Source: an uncultured Oscillospiraceae bacterium (GTDB lineage: Bacteria; Bacillota; Clostridia; Christensenellales; CAG-314). From it: a stretch of DNA of 64,000 nt. The stretch is taken from assembly GCA_964607155.1 (NCBI GenBank), contig CAZSIF010000009.1, forward strand, positions 6,795 through 70,794. The letters are read 5' to 3'. The position numbers were made by a program, and so were the translations under genes. Every line of letters starts with the position of its first letter. Position 1 is the first letter of the stretch. The notes beneath the pieces were generated by a model that made no database searches, was not told the DNA's origin, and was given only the letters and a program-made list of their open reading frames with translations. Below are positions 1 to 10,690 of the stretch, in pieces.

Positions 1-31
1 GCCTTGCCCTCCTGCCCGAGGTACGACTGCC

Positions 32-2419
32 TTAAGCAGCCACATTCCAAACATAAATGAATAAATCAAGGCTACTATCTACGGGATAAACCACAACGTT
101 TTTCTTTTGATATTCACCGTATTTATTAGCGGTAAAGCCGTTATCTGCCAGCTGCTTGTACAGCGCATTTAACGACGATGTGATAGAGTAATCGATATCC
201 AAAGGAACGTCGTAGTACATTTGCAGACACTTACGAGAAACGCTTTCTCCTCCGCGATGCTGATAGGTGGTTAGCGAAAAACCGTAAGTATCGCCGATAG
301 CGTCGCCAAAGAAAGGTAATATTGCGTACCCATCATCACCGAGAAATTCCTTGAAGAACTCGTCTGCAGGAACCTCGTAGTCATCTGTGGTGGTGTCGGT
401 GGAGTCGCCTGATACGATAACCGTCAGCTGCTCCCACGCAGTGGGCACAAGCCTTGGCTCGGAGCGTTCCAACGCGGTTAACGCCTGCTGCGGAATGGCA
501 ACGTCGTTATCGCCGCCGACTGCGTTAAAGTTATCGTAAGTGATGTAAACGTAGCCGTAAATCGTGCCGAGGAAAAAGTAAAATGCCGCCTCCACGATAT
601 AGCCGTCCTTGACTACAACGTATGGAGTAAAGGTGCTGCCTTCGATAAGACCACTGCTTGCATACATGCCGTACAGGGCGATATCGTTACCCATGCCGTA
701 ATAGAACAACTGAGCCACGCTGCACATTGCTTCGTTAACATAGTACGTCACGGAGCCGTCCTCCTGCTCCTCCGTAAAGGAAGTAAACAGCTCGGCTGCA
801 AACTCGAACGACGGTTTTGCCGTATCGATATGCTTGTTGTACGCTCTCGACGGAGTAATAACGGAGCCAACCGCCTGATACGAATTATACAACGTATCGG
901 AATACTTGTGGAAACCGTAATACACGTCCTGCGGTTCGTCGTTGCCGTTGACCATTTCCGTCGAATACTTTTTGACGAGATTGCCCTCGTCATCGTACCC
1001 GAAGGTGTAATCGCGGAAATAGCAATCTTTTTGCGTAATTATTTCGTCATAGCCGGTTTGCGTGGGAGTTGATGTGTACTGCGTCGCCACAATTTGACGG
1101 AAGTCCATAGTATAGCTTGTTAGCGCACGCATGTTTCCCAATGCTTCCGCTAACGGAGCCTGACGCTCGTCAAAATTAAAGGCGGTAATGGTGGGAACTT
1201 CCACGGAATTGCCGTAGCTAATAGCCACAAACAGTTCCTGGTACGCCTCGTATTGGGACGAAATGGAGTAATCCGCACCGCTTTTGACGTACAAACCTAC
1301 AATGTGACCGTCATCGATAAGCAACGATACGGGACTATTTTGGTCTACGACAAAGTTGAACGGATTGGACGACGCAACCATTTTTTCCGTAAACGTGCTG
1401 TCGCCACCGACATACTGCCAACGCCAACTTTCCTCATCAAATCTAAAATCCTTAGTGGTCAAGCCGACAAAATTATTGTACAATCCGGCATCCGCCCAAG
1501 CAGTTTCGTCGCCATTTTCGTCCGTTAACGGATAATAGCTTGCTTGGTTCATGTAGTTGAGCACCGCTTGGCTAGCAACGCCGTCAACATTTTTGTAAAA
1601 CAGCTCGCTTTCCACTGCGGCACTTGCGTTTTCGTAGGATGCGTACCAATTTCCGTCCGCATCCATGCGGGTTTTGACAATAAGCGTTTGCGTGCCCGCA
1701 AGCGTGTTAGTCAAGCCAACGTTGTAGTACGATATGGTAATAAAGCCGTCGAATGCAAGTCTTGCCTCGTTTGCGTACTCGTCAAGCATTGCCTGTGTAA
1801 GTGCCGGCGCGCCGAGAATACTAACACCTTTATCTGCATATACAGAACTATCCGCATTGCTTGTTGCCCTAACAGTTACAATCTTATCACCGTCAACAGA
1901 GTTTGCCTTTAACTTGCCGTTGGCGTCGATTTGTGCAAATTCCGCGCCGTTAACGATATCCCAGCTAACGTCCGTAGTTGGCTCACCGTTCAAAGTTGCC
2001 GTAAAAGTAATTTCCCTGCCCGAGCGAACGGATGATACTCCTTCCACCGCAAGCGTATTTGTGGGAATAATCGGCGTTACGCCTCTGCCGCGGAAACGCA
2101 CCGTGTGCGACACGTCCGAGTCTTCGTAACCATCGGCAACGGCACACACGGAAATGAGCACGTCGTTTACAAGGCTTGTAAGCTGATACTCCGTGCCCGT
2201 AACGGACACTGCGTCGTTGTTGAGCGAAAGTCTGTAGCTTGTGGCATTTTCCACTGCCGTCCAAGTAACAAGTCCGCTTTGAGATACCGCAACGTCCTTG
2301 GGCGTGGCAAGCTTAAGCTTGACCGTGGGCTCTTCCGGCTCTGTGGGCTGACAACCCACAAATGCCAAAGCCGAGCACAAAAAGACAGTAGTCAACAATA
2401 TTGCTAAAAATCTTTTCAT
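32..2419 (-). CDS. Secreted lipoprotein of unknown function (Fn3-like and Big_2-like N-terminal domains, ~550-aa uncharacterised aromatic-rich C-terminal region)
   Basis: 795-aa ORF. ATG at 2419 is preceded by GAGGAGG. N-terminus MKRFLAILLTTVFLCSALAFVGC|Q is a signal peptide with lipobox Cys. 'VTWTAVENATSYRL' is Fn3-like and 'ITFTATLNGEPTTDVSWDIVNGAEFAQIDANGKLKA' is Big_2-like. Only 12 nt separate it from the upstream gene, so it is probably the operon tail. Confidence 0.75.
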   Translation of the reverse strand: MKRFLAILLTTVFLCSALAFVGCQPTEPEEPTVKLKLATPKDVAVSQSGLVTWTAVENATSYRLSLNNDAVSVTGTEYQLTSLVNDVLISVCAVADGYEDSDVSHTVRFRGRGVTPIIPTNTLAVEGVSSVRSGREITFTATLNGEPTTDVSWDIVNGAEFAQIDANGKLKANSVDGDKIVTVRATSNADSSVYADKGVSILGAPALTQAMLDEYANEARLAFDGFITISYYNVGLTNTLAGTQTLIVKTRMDADGNWYASYENASAAVESELFYKNVDGVASQAVLNYMNQASYYPLTDENGDETAWADAGLYNNFVGLTTKDFRFDEESWRWQYVGGDSTFTEKMVASSNPFNFVVDQNSPVSLLIDDGHIVGLYVKSGADYSISSQYEAYQELFVAISYGNSVEVPTITAFNFDERQAPLAEALGNMRALTSYTMDFRQIVATQYTSTPTQTGYDEIITQKDCYFRDYTFGYDDEGNLVKKYSTEMVNGNDEPQDVYYGFHKYSDTLYNSYQAVGSVITPSRAYNKHIDTAKPSFEFAAELFTSFTEEQEDGSVTYYVNEAMCSVAQLFYYGMGNDIALYGMYASSGLIEGSTFTPYVVVKDGYIVEAAFYFFLGTIYGYVYITYDNFNAVGGDNDVAIPQQALTALERSEPRLVPTAWEQLTVIVSGDSTDTTTDDYEVPADEFFKEFLGDDGYAILPFFGDAIGDTYGFSLTTYQHRGGESVSRKCLQMYYDVPLDIDYSITSSLNALYKQLADNGFTANKYGEYQKKNVVVYPVDSSLDLFIYVWNVAA

Positions 2420-2431
2420 TTTGCCTCCTCA

Positions 2432-2983
2432 TCAATACTCGAGGACAAAAACATAATCCACGTTTTTGCCGGAGGTTGTAGTAAAACTGCAAGTTATTTT
2501 GGTCGCCCTATTATTGTCAAACTCGCAGTCCAAGGTCGATACGCCTGCAGGAACGTAGCTTGTGCCGAGCACGGCGGAAAGCTTATCCTTGGTAATCATG
2601 CACGAAAGCGTGTTGTCGGCAATAACACTACTCAAAACGTTATCCTCACTTAAGCTTACGGGACAAGCAAGGCTTGAAACCGTTGTTGTAGTGGTACTTT
2701 CGCCAAGAGTAAAGTCGCTGCCAAGCTTACGCTCAATAATAGTAACATCGTACCCCTCATAAGCCTTTACTGATGTGCGCTCATATTCGTACACGACTAC
2801 ATCACTATCCGTAACGGTAAGGGTTGCCGTTAGCCTTTTTACCTGCGAAATTGAAGCTTGGATTTGAGCCATACGCACACTTGGCGTTATTGCCTCGTTG
2901 CTTGGCAAAAACATTACCACCGCGCCGCCTGCAAGCACAAGGATAAATATTACAGATAAAATTATTATAGTTTTTCTTTTCAT
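2432..2983 (-). CDS. N-terminally membrane-anchored envelope protein, function unknown
   Basis: 183-aa ORF with ATG at 2983 and an AAGGA SD. One N-terminal TM helix (IIILSVIFILVLAGGAVVMF) is followed by a ~150-aa Thr/Ser-rich ectodomain. It starts 7 nt after the protease stop codon. Confidence 0.7.
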   Translation of the reverse strand: MKRKTIIILSVIFILVLAGGAVVMFLPSNEAITPSVRMAQIQASISQVKRLTATLTVTDSDVVVYEYERTSVKAYEGYDVTIIERKLGSDFTLGESTTTTTVSSLACPVSLSEDNVLSSVIADNTLSCMITKDKLSAVLGTSYVPAGVSTLDCEFDNNRATKITCSFTTTSGKNVDYVFVLEY

Positions 2984-2990
2984 TTTATCC

Positions 2991-5900
2991 TTACGCTCCT
3001 TTTCTTTTTAGCATCGCCGTCAATGCAACGGCGCAAACAGCTACGGCAAGCGCCTGAGCCGCGTCCACACCTTCAACGGCGGGACGAAGCTCGGCTGCTT
3101 CTTGCTCGATTTGATTGCAATACTCGTTATACTGTGCAAGCAATGCATTGTAATTGGTTTGATCCAACAACGCCCTATCATCGGAATCCAACGCTTTTAT
3201 TAACTGAGATACCTGCTTTAGCTGCTCGATTGCGGAAACGGCAAAGTTCGACGGCAATGCATCGATAACGGCTTGCACCGCCTTTACCTTTTGACTTGCC
3301 TTTGCAGCCTTTAACGCAAACAACTCGTCCTTTGCCTGCATAGTTACGTTAACAAGATTATCCCACTCGGCAAGACTGTATCCCCTTGCAAACGGATCCT
3401 GCGTTACCAAACGATAGTTGAACACCGTGTTAGATATAAGCTTGTCGTCTGCTAGCGTTACCCTATCCAATGCAAGAATTTGTCTTGCTCCGTCCACAAA
3501 GTCTATCATTGCCTGCTCGGTTGCCTCGTAGGTTCTGCTTGACGCGTCGATATCGGAAAGTTTGCCAAAATACGCTTCATATAATGGCGAATCGTAGCCG
3601 GAGATATCCTTGTTTTTGGGCACTATCATGTTAATCGGTTCACGCTTGCCCACAAGGTCGATAAAGTTATAGTAGTACAACTCAAAGCCGAACAAGTTGT
3701 ACACGGGGTGCAACACTGCATATCCCTTGTCCGTTTCCGCAAGGGATGCGTTACTGTCGTAGTAATCATCCATGGCAGGTGCCGTAACGGAACGGAACTC
3801 AACCGTAGTTATTCCCTCACAGCCGTAGAATGCATAGAAACCGATGCTACGCATGCTATCCGGCAAGCAAATATAGGTGATATTTTTGTTGTAGTTACCG
3901 GCAAATGCGGAAACCCTCCTTGTGCCTTCCTCGACAATCAACGTTTCATCGGGCTTTGCGGCAGGAACGCTTGCCAATGTGTAGTATCCGTTAGGAAGCT
4001 TTGTGTACAGCACGCCGTCCTTGACCTTAGCGTAGTCGTTGATTTGTGCGGTTGTCGTTTTGGTCGTGCCGTTATCGTACAGCAACTGCGTCAAAGCCGT
4101 GCAACCCAAGAATACAAAATCGTCCACACGCTCGATATTGTTTGTAAAAGCAAACTCCGTAAGCGCGGTATTGTCGTTAAACGCGCCCTCACCCAAGACT
4201 TGTAGTTTTGGAGCATTAAAGCCCGTAAACGCCGTCTTTTGGAATGCGTATTCCACTATTTCAATCAGCTCGGGAGCATCAATTGTGCCGCTCAATGCAG
4301 TGGTAGAGAATGCGCCCTCACCCGCCTTTTTGAGTGAACTAAAATCCACCGACTCAAGTGCGGTACAGCTATAAAACGCCTGCGTATCGATTAACTCAAC
4401 GTTGCCCAGATTGATATCCGTAAGCGCGCTGCAGCCCATAAAGGCGTACGGTTGAATCGTTGTTACAGTATCGGAGAGAACAACCTTTTGCAATGCAGTA
4501 CAAAGCGTAAATGCATATTCCGGAATACTTGTGATGCCGTTGGGAATTTTGACTTCCTTAAGTCCGCCGCATTGGAAGAATGCGCCCTGCTCCAAGCTTG
4601 TGAGTGTTGAAGGCAAAGTTATTTGCGTAAACGTAGGAGCCGTTCCCTCGTATCGACCAAAGGCACTTGTTCCGATGGTTTGCACAACGGGAATTTCCAC
4701 AAAGCGCAGAGCCGCGCAATCCGCAAAGGCATATGCGCCTATTTCCGTTGCGGATGTGAGTTTTGCAATAGCCAGCGACGAACAGGTAAAGAATGCCTCG
4801 CGCGGAATTACCGTCAGAACACCAATGTTGTTGACCGTTTCCAGCGACTTATCGTATGCAAAGCAGCCCTGACCGATAGTGATGCCGCCGTCCTCGTGAA
4901 GAGTAACCTCAGACATCTTACTACAATTTTGGAAGCAGCCCATTCCATAAGAAGAACCTGCGCCCAACGTTGCGCTTTCCAGTGCGGTGCAACGGTAGAA
5001 TACGCCCTCGCCGTAGGTTGAGTCTGCAGCAGTCGTAACGGACGTTATTGCCGTGCTTGAAAATGCGTAGTCGCCAACGGACGTTACCTTATCGAGATTG
5101 TTAACCGTCGACAAAACCGACCTATCCTGTGCGTTATCGCTGTTTTCCACAACATAGTTGAATGCCCTAATACCGATTGTAGAGCCAAGCTCGTCGGCAA
5201 AAGTCACCGTCGTTAACGCTTGACAGTTAACAAACGCATAATCGCCTACAGCAATTTTGCCCTCAAACGTTATCATTTCCACATCGGTACCGGCAAATGC
5301 CGCCTGACCAATGCGTTCGATATCGGCTGAAATAACGACGTTTTTACTTGTAACCATCGGTGAAAGAACAATTTCCTTGCCGTCCTTGGACACAAGCATT
5401 CCGTCCTTTGTGGAATAGAAACTGTTGTTTTTGTCCACCGTAAAGGCGGAAAGATTGGTTTTGCGGAACAACGGTCCGTTTATGCTTGTAAGACGGGTAT
5501 TTTCTGCAAAGCCAAGCGTCGTTAAACCGGAACGATAAAAGGCATATGCGTCAATTTCCACCTCGCAATTAGGCAGCGTAATCTGTTCCAATGCCGTTGC
5601 TTTGTAGAAGGCTTGTTCTCCCAGATAAGCAACCGTGCCGTTAAAGGTAACGTCGGTTAACGCCTCGCAGCCGGAAAAGGCTCCCGTGCCCACGCCAAGG
5701 CTATCCGTCGCTATCGTTACGGAGGTTAGCTTTAAGCTATTTGCAAAACAAAACGTAGGTATAACGTCGCGATTTACAAGAGTTACCTCTGTCAAACCGC
5801 TGTTTGCAAACATTGCATACCCCAGCTTTGTGTTGCCGTTAGGATCGAATACAATTTGCGAAAGGTTCGTACAGTTTTGGAATGCCTGCACACCGGTGTT

Positions 5901-8900
5901 ACGGAGTGCCGTAAGGTTAACGCTTGAAAGGCTTTCGCAACCGTCAAACGCCTTGTCGCCAACCGCATATACATTGGATAAATCAAGATTATCCAACGTT
6001 TTGCACTTGTAAAATGCCTGTCTGCCTATGGTTTCCACCTCAGTGCCCGTAAGGCTTTGAGGAGCGGTTGCCACGCTAAATACGAATTTGCCATTTTCCA
6101 GCTTGTATTTATCCGCCATCACCTCGCTACCCGTTTTTGCAACGGTATCAAGGCAAACGATACGCTCCAGCTTGGAACAGTTGAAAAATGCGTATTCGCG
6201 AATGATTTTTAGTTCTTTGGGAATTGCAACCTCGCGCAAGCCCTTACAGTTATAAAAAGCGTATTTTTGTATTTCCGTTACGCCCTCCGGAATAACAACC
6301 GAAGTAACCGTGGTATTGGTTGCGGGAATCTTGTTTGCATCGTAGTCGTCATCGGAAAGCTCAATTGAGTTATCCGTCGTGTACAAACAGAATGCATACG
6401 AGCCGATATATAAAATACCTTCGTCATCCGGAATGACGACATTGCCGCCCAATCCCTTGTACGCCACCAACACTCTGTTTTCGATAACGAATTCGCTCTT
6501 GACGGTAATTTGCACGGTTGCCTGTATTGCCGAGCCCTCCGCACGGAGAGTTATCTGCGCAAAGCCTTCCTTCAATGCCGTAATTTTACCATTTTCATCC
6601 ACGATTGCAACGTCCGTGTTATCGCTGATGTAAGTGAGGTTGTAGTTGTCCTCGGCATACCACGGGTCCAAATCGTAAAACAACTTGATTTGCTCGCCGG
6701 GATACATGCTGACGCCGTTCATGGATTGCAAAAACTTTCTGTCACCGGTAGCGCCGATTTCGCTCGTTTGCGCCGCCCTCGAATAGGCAAACACCGTATC
6801 GAAGTAGCTAAAGCGTAACGATTTTAGTTGCGCGTCGCTTGCGTCACCGATTATGCCTTCGGTTGATTTATCCTCGCGCGCCTTTACATTTACAATCATT
6901 ACAGCTTGATTGCCCGTTAGGTTTTCCGTTGCTGTAACAGTTGCCTTGCCTGCCGTCAAGCCCATAACGACACCGTCCTTGACGGAAATAATCTTATCGT
7001 TGGAGGTAGACCATGTGAGGTATTTGAGGTAATCTTTATCGGCATCAACGTTACTGTCCGTAGTGGACAAAAAGTTGGTGATATCCGCAACCTCGCCCTC
7101 GTACATGGACAGAATGATTTTCGATTCGCCGTCGGGCGTGCCGTCCTGCGTAAACTTCAATTCACCGTTAGTGCCGGGGAGCTGACACAGGAAGATATTG
7201 CTGTTAAGTGCGTAGTCGTCCACGGAAAAAGCCAATGCGCTTGTGATTATTTCGTCGGCAAACAAATCCTCGAGATAATCTGTAATTTCAATACGCACGG
7301 TCGTTTCGGAATTCTTTTCGCCGTAGACAGGAATTGGATTTTCCGTAAGGAAGGTGTAGCTGCTATCCGAGGTGAACACCAACGGAGCAATCGACATTAC
7401 ATAGTGATTGTCGTACACCGTAAGGTTGATATAGTAACGATCCTTTTTAAGGGACTTATCGTACACCTTTTCGTAAGTGGCATCGGTAATCAACGGAGCT
7501 TGATCGTCCATTGTAAAATCGAAGCTAAAGGTGTTGCGAGCGTTTGTGTACAAGCCACCGTCGCCGTAATCCAACATTGCTTGCATTTTGAACTCGTAAA
7601 CATGGTTATTTACCAAGCCCAAGCGCAATGATTTCCATCTTAGATACTCAAAATACGGATACGGTGTACCGTTGTAATATGCCTTTGTGGCATCGTAGTC
7701 GATGTACTCCATCATGGTTTCGCCCGTTTCGTAGTTGTACAGCGTTACTGGCTCACCGGTAGTTTTATCCGTTATGGTAAACTTTACAGCCTTTGCGTTG
7801 CGCAACATGCCTGCATACACTGCCGAAATTCCGTCGATTGCGCCCAAAATGTTGGATACTGCAATGCGATCCTCCGATGCGGGAATAGCATCGTACTTGC
7901 TTTCGTCGATAGTGTACAGGTATGTTCCGAGAGGAATCATATAGTTGTAGTAGTACGAACCGTACGGAGTTGTCGCCCAGTAATCGGCTTTGGTTTTATC
8001 CTCATCGTCGATTGCTTGGTCGTGCGCGTCCTCTTCCACCTCGTAATAGGTCTTATCGAACAGCGGAGCCTCCGTCCAGTCACCGTAGAAAGCAAGGAAC
8101 GGAACGTTGAGCGGAACCTCGTTATCCGCCGTTAGGCACACAAATCCCTCGACGTACATACCGTACAAAAAGCGTTGGTCAATGTAGTCCTTATCTTCCT
8201 GCGTAAGCGTGTAGGCAATACTTACGCTCACCGACTTGCCTGCCTCAACAGTGACGCTCGAACCCTTAACGCTGCCGTTGCCGCTAACGTAGCTAATCTC
8301 TGTTTTGCCGTCAAGCAGATGTCCCGTTTCCGCAACGTGAGTAGCATCGGACGTGGAAACGCTTTCCGACATGCCGATAACCGACAGATTGTATGTGAGC
8401 GGTTTGGTGGAGATGTTAACGACGTTGATTTCCATCGTGTACACACCCGTCCGCTTGGCGTCGTCCCCCAACTCTATTTTGGATTTCGATTTTACCGACG
8501 TTACACCGTCAACAGTTTCGTTAACGGTCAAATATGCGTTTGTTTGAACAACGTTGCCTGCGCTTGCAAGTCCTGCGCCCTGCTTACGCGGCGAATAAGG
8601 CACGCCCTCCTCGTTAAGGGCAACCGTTGCCGTAGACATAAGCATTTGATTGGCAATTTCGTTTATTTCCGCCGAGCTGTACTCGGGATACTTATCCTTG
8701 AGGTACTCGCGGATAAGCACCATAACGCCGCAAAGGTTGGGCGTTGCCATGGATGTACCACTAAGACGGTCGTACTTGGCATTAGGCACGGATGAATAAA
8801 TATCTCCGCCATGCGCTGTAATTTCCGGCTTTAGCTTGAGGTCAGGCGTCGGCCCCCAGCTGGAGAAATCCGACATAAACGGACCAGCAAGATTGCTTTC

Positions 8901-10682
8901 GCTTATCGTAAGCGTACCGCTTGCTCTTTTTGCCAGCGCAGTACCAACATCCTTGGATACGGAAATTGTCGGAATGTGCGCCGTTTTACCCATGGACATC
9001 AAAATGTCACCGTCTACGTTATTATAGATAATACAAGCGATGGCTCCGTTACGCTTGGCAAGCATTGCTTTATCCTCAAAGGAATTATCGCCTCTTTTGA
9101 TAAGTGCAATTTTGCCCGAAACATCAACATCCGTATAGTTACCTTTAAGTCCCACACCGGGAACGGTAACATACTCCAACGTGGCGGTGCCATTGGGCAG
9201 ATAGCCCGCTTCCTTGAGTTCCTTAACGAAATCGTTTGCGTCGCCCGTTACGCTGTTGGATTGATTGTAGAAAAATATGCTTTCGTCATCTGCGCCCTTA
9301 TTGGCAACAATATAGTTGCTCTTGACGCCACTAATAGAAGCAACTGACAATGCCGCATCATACGTTGAGGGAGCGCCTACCGTACCGGAATCCGGATTGG
9401 TAACAAAGTTGGTATTACCTTGATCTCCTCCGTAACCGGAACTATAACTGTTGCTTGCAGCCGTTAAAAGGCTGATACCCGCTTCCTTTATTTTGTCGTA
9501 AACCTCATTTACGGGGTCGCCGTCCTTAAGACGCGAAAAACCACACGACGAACCGAGCGACATATTGATTGCATCAACGCCAAGTAGCACTGCATCTTCC
9601 AACGCCTCAAGGATATCCTCCGTTTTGCCGCCGGAATCGAGGTCGGGGAACACTTTCATCAAAACAAGCTGCGTATCTACCGCCACACCCGTAAAGTCCA
9701 GTGCTTCCTCGCCCGCTGCGGTAATGCTTGCGCCGCCGATGATACCGGCAACGTGCGTGCCGTGCTCCGAGTCGTACGGGAACACGTCCACGTCCTTATC
9801 CGCGTAGTCGTAGGCAAATGGGATTTTTGCCGAATAATAAACGTCGTCGATGGTGATACCTGCCGTATTTTTAACGGCATTGAGTATATCCTTTTGGTCA
9901 TCTTGTGCCGATTGCTTATTCAAGAATGCCGCAATCGTGTCCTTTGTGAACACAAGTTCGCCCTCGGGTGTACGTTGAAATACTTCATGACTGCAATCGA
10001 AACCGGAGTCCAAAATGGCAACCGCAGTGCCCTTGCCGGTGTACTGCGTTCCGTCCTGCCCGATAACGCTTGCTGAATTATATATACCGGTAGGATAAAT
10101 ATCCACCACGTTGCTTACCGCCGAGGAGGACGAACTTGTCGCCTGAGGTAAATTGTACGTTTCCGTAATGGACACGTTATCCGAGCCGACAATTCCGCCT
10201 ATTGCAGAAAGCTTACCGTAGGTCGTTTCCACTGCTATTGCGTTAAGCAAGGTGGAATAGCGACTTTTAACCGACGTGATAAGTCCGTCCTTTTTAAGCT
10301 TGGCAATAACGTCGTTTTGCGCGCTGTGAATATCCTGCACCAAATGCGAACCACGCATGCTGGCGGCGTATTCCGCAACGGAATCGTAGTCGCCGTTGGC
10401 ATTAAAGCTATCGATAAGCGCATCGCCGCCCAAGGTTATCAGTGCAACGATGGAGTCACTATCAAGATAGCCGCCGTTTTTAATAAGCTTATCCGCCTGA
10501 ATACGGGATAGCGTTTGCTCCTGCGTGAAGGTGTAACCCGTATTTAACAGCTGCAACTGCTGCGGATTGCCATTAGTGTTGCTGCTCGCTTCGGGCACGG
10601 CTTGACACGCCGCAACGCCTGCTACCGATAAAATCAGCGCAAATGCGAGCGCAACGATAAAAATAGATTTCTTGTTTGACAT
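2991..10682 (-). CDS. Giant cell-envelope subtilisin-like serine protease (S8) with PA insert, Ig-like domains, ~900-aa BspA-type leucine-rich-repeat region, helical stalk and C-terminal membrane anchor
   Basis: Catalytic motifs VAILDSGFD (~nt 10010), HGTHVAGII (~9750) and SGTSMATP (~8750). PA-like insert 'GKIALIKRGDNSFEDKAMLAKRNGAIACIIYNN'. Two Big_2-like segments. Repeated 'I(P/G)xxAFxxC..L..V.(I/L)P' LRR units span ~nt 3780-6440. The C-terminus is a hydrophobic helix plus KRKGA. Start moved from the track's 10835 to ATG 10682 (GGAGAG SD, signal peptide MSNKKSIFIVALAFALILSVAGVAAC), because the longer version overlaps an SD-bearing small gene. Confidence 0.9.
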   Translation of the reverse strand: MSNKKSIFIVALAFALILSVAGVAACQAVPEASSNTNGNPQQLQLLNTGYTFTQEQTLSRIQADKLIKNGGYLDSDSIVALITLGGDALIDSFNANGDYDSVAEYAASMRGSHLVQDIHSAQNDVIAKLKKDGLITSVKSRYSTLLNAIAVETTYGKLSAIGGIVGSDNVSITETYNLPQATSSSSSAVSNVVDIYPTGIYNSASVIGQDGTQYTGKGTAVAILDSGFDCSHEVFQRTPEGELVFTKDTIAAFLNKQSAQDDQKDILNAVKNTAGITIDDVYYSAKIPFAYDYADKDVDVFPYDSEHGTHVAGIIGGASITAAGEEALDFTGVAVDTQLVLMKVFPDLDSGGKTEDILEALEDAVLLGVDAINMSLGSSCGFSRLKDGDPVNEVYDKIKEAGISLLTAASNSYSSGYGGDQGNTNFVTNPDSGTVGAPSTYDAALSVASISGVKSNYIVANKGADDESIFFYNQSNSVTGDANDFVKELKEAGYLPNGTATLEYVTVPGVGLKGNYTDVDVSGKIALIKRGDNSFEDKAMLAKRNGAIACIIYNNVDGDILMSMGKTAHIPTISVSKDVGTALAKRASGTLTISESNLAGPFMSDFSSWGPTPDLKLKPEITAHGGDIYSSVPNAKYDRLSGTSMATPNLCGVMVLIREYLKDKYPEYSSAEINEIANQMLMSTATVALNEEGVPYSPRKQGAGLASAGNVVQTNAYLTVNETVDGVTSVKSKSKIELGDDAKRTGVYTMEINVVNISTKPLTYNLSVIGMSESVSTSDATHVAETGHLLDGKTEISYVSGNGSVKGSSVTVEAGKSVSVSIAYTLTQEDKDYIDQRFLYGMYVEGFVCLTADNEVPLNVPFLAFYGDWTEAPLFDKTYYEVEEDAHDQAIDDEDKTKADYWATTPYGSYYYNYMIPLGTYLYTIDESKYDAIPASEDRIAVSNILGAIDGISAVYAGMLRNAKAVKFTITDKTTGEPVTLYNYETGETMMEYIDYDATKAYYNGTPYPYFEYLRWKSLRLGLVNNHVYEFKMQAMLDYGDGGLYTNARNTFSFDFTMDDQAPLITDATYEKVYDKSLKKDRYYINLTVYDNHYVMSIAPLVFTSDSSYTFLTENPIPVYGEKNSETTVRIEITDYLEDLFADEIITSALAFSVDDYALNSNIFLCQLPGTNGELKFTQDGTPDGESKIILSMYEGEVADITNFLSTTDSNVDADKDYLKYLTWSTSNDKIISVKDGVVMGLTAGKATVTATENLTGNQAVMIVNVKAREDKSTEGIIGDASDAQLKSLRFSYFDTVFAYSRAAQTSEIGATGDRKFLQSMNGVSMYPGEQIKLFYDLDPWYAEDNYNLTYISDNTDVAIVDENGKITALKEGFAQITLRAEGSAIQATVQITVKSEFVIENRVLVAYKGLGGNVVIPDDEGILYIGSYAFCLYTTDNSIELSDDDYDANKIPATNTTVTSVVIPEGVTEIQKYAFYNCKGLREVAIPKELKIIREYAFFNCSKLERIVCLDTVAKTGSEVMADKYKLENGKFVFSVATAPQSLTGTEVETIGRQAFYKCKTLDNLDLSNVYAVGDKAFDGCESLSSVNLTALRNTGVQAFQNCTNLSQIVFDPNGNTKLGYAMFANSGLTEVTLVNRDVIPTFCFANSLKLTSVTIATDSLGVGTGAFSGCEALTDVTFNGTVAYLGEQAFYKATALEQITLPNCEVEIDAYAFYRSGLTTLGFAENTRLTSINGPLFRKTNLSAFTVDKNNSFYSTKDGMLVSKDGKEIVLSPMVTSKNVVISADIERIGQAAFAGTDVEMITFEGKIAVGDYAFVNCQALTTVTFADELGSTIGIRAFNYVVENSDNAQDRSVLSTVNNLDKVTSVGDYAFSSTAITSVTTAADSTYGEGVFYRCTALESATLGAGSSYGMGCFQNCSKMSEVTLHEDGGITIGQGCFAYDKSLETVNNIGVLTVIPREAFFTCSSLAIAKLTSATEIGAYAFADCAALRFVEIPVVQTIGTSAFGRYEGTAPTFTQITLPSTLTSLEQGAFFQCGGLKEVKIPNGITSIPEYAFTLCTALQKVVLSDTVTTIQPYAFMGCSALTDINLGNVELIDTQAFYSCTALESVDFSSLKKAGEGAFSTTALSGTIDAPELIEIVEYAFQKTAFTGFNAPKLQVLGEGAFNDNTALTEFAFTNNIERVDDFVFLGCTALTQLLYDNGTTKTTTAQINDYAKVKDGVLYTKLPNGYYTLASVPAAKPDETLIVEEGTRRVSAFAGNYNKNITYICLPDSMRSIGFYAFYGCEGITTVEFRSVTAPAMDDYYDSNASLAETDKGYAVLHPVYNLFGFELYYYNFIDLVGKREPINMIVPKNKDISGYDSPLYEAYFGKLSDIDASSRTYEATEQAMIDFVDGARQILALDRVTLADDKLISNTVFNYRLVTQDPFARGYSLAEWDNLVNVTMQAKDELFALKAAKASQKVKAVQAVIDALPSNFAVSAIEQLKQVSQLIKALDSDDRALLDQTNYNALLAQYNEYCNQIEQEAAELRPAVEGVDAAQALAVAVCAVALTAMLKRKGA

Positions 10683-10690
10683 AAGCTCTC

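Noticed and set aside
8175-8795. 206-aa plus-strand ORF and many other 60-270-aa plus-strand ORFs inside the protease, OppA-like and giant glycan-locus genes.
   Set aside because: All of them are antisense shadow ORFs within genes that have strong coding evidence. None has an SD or a recognisable motif.
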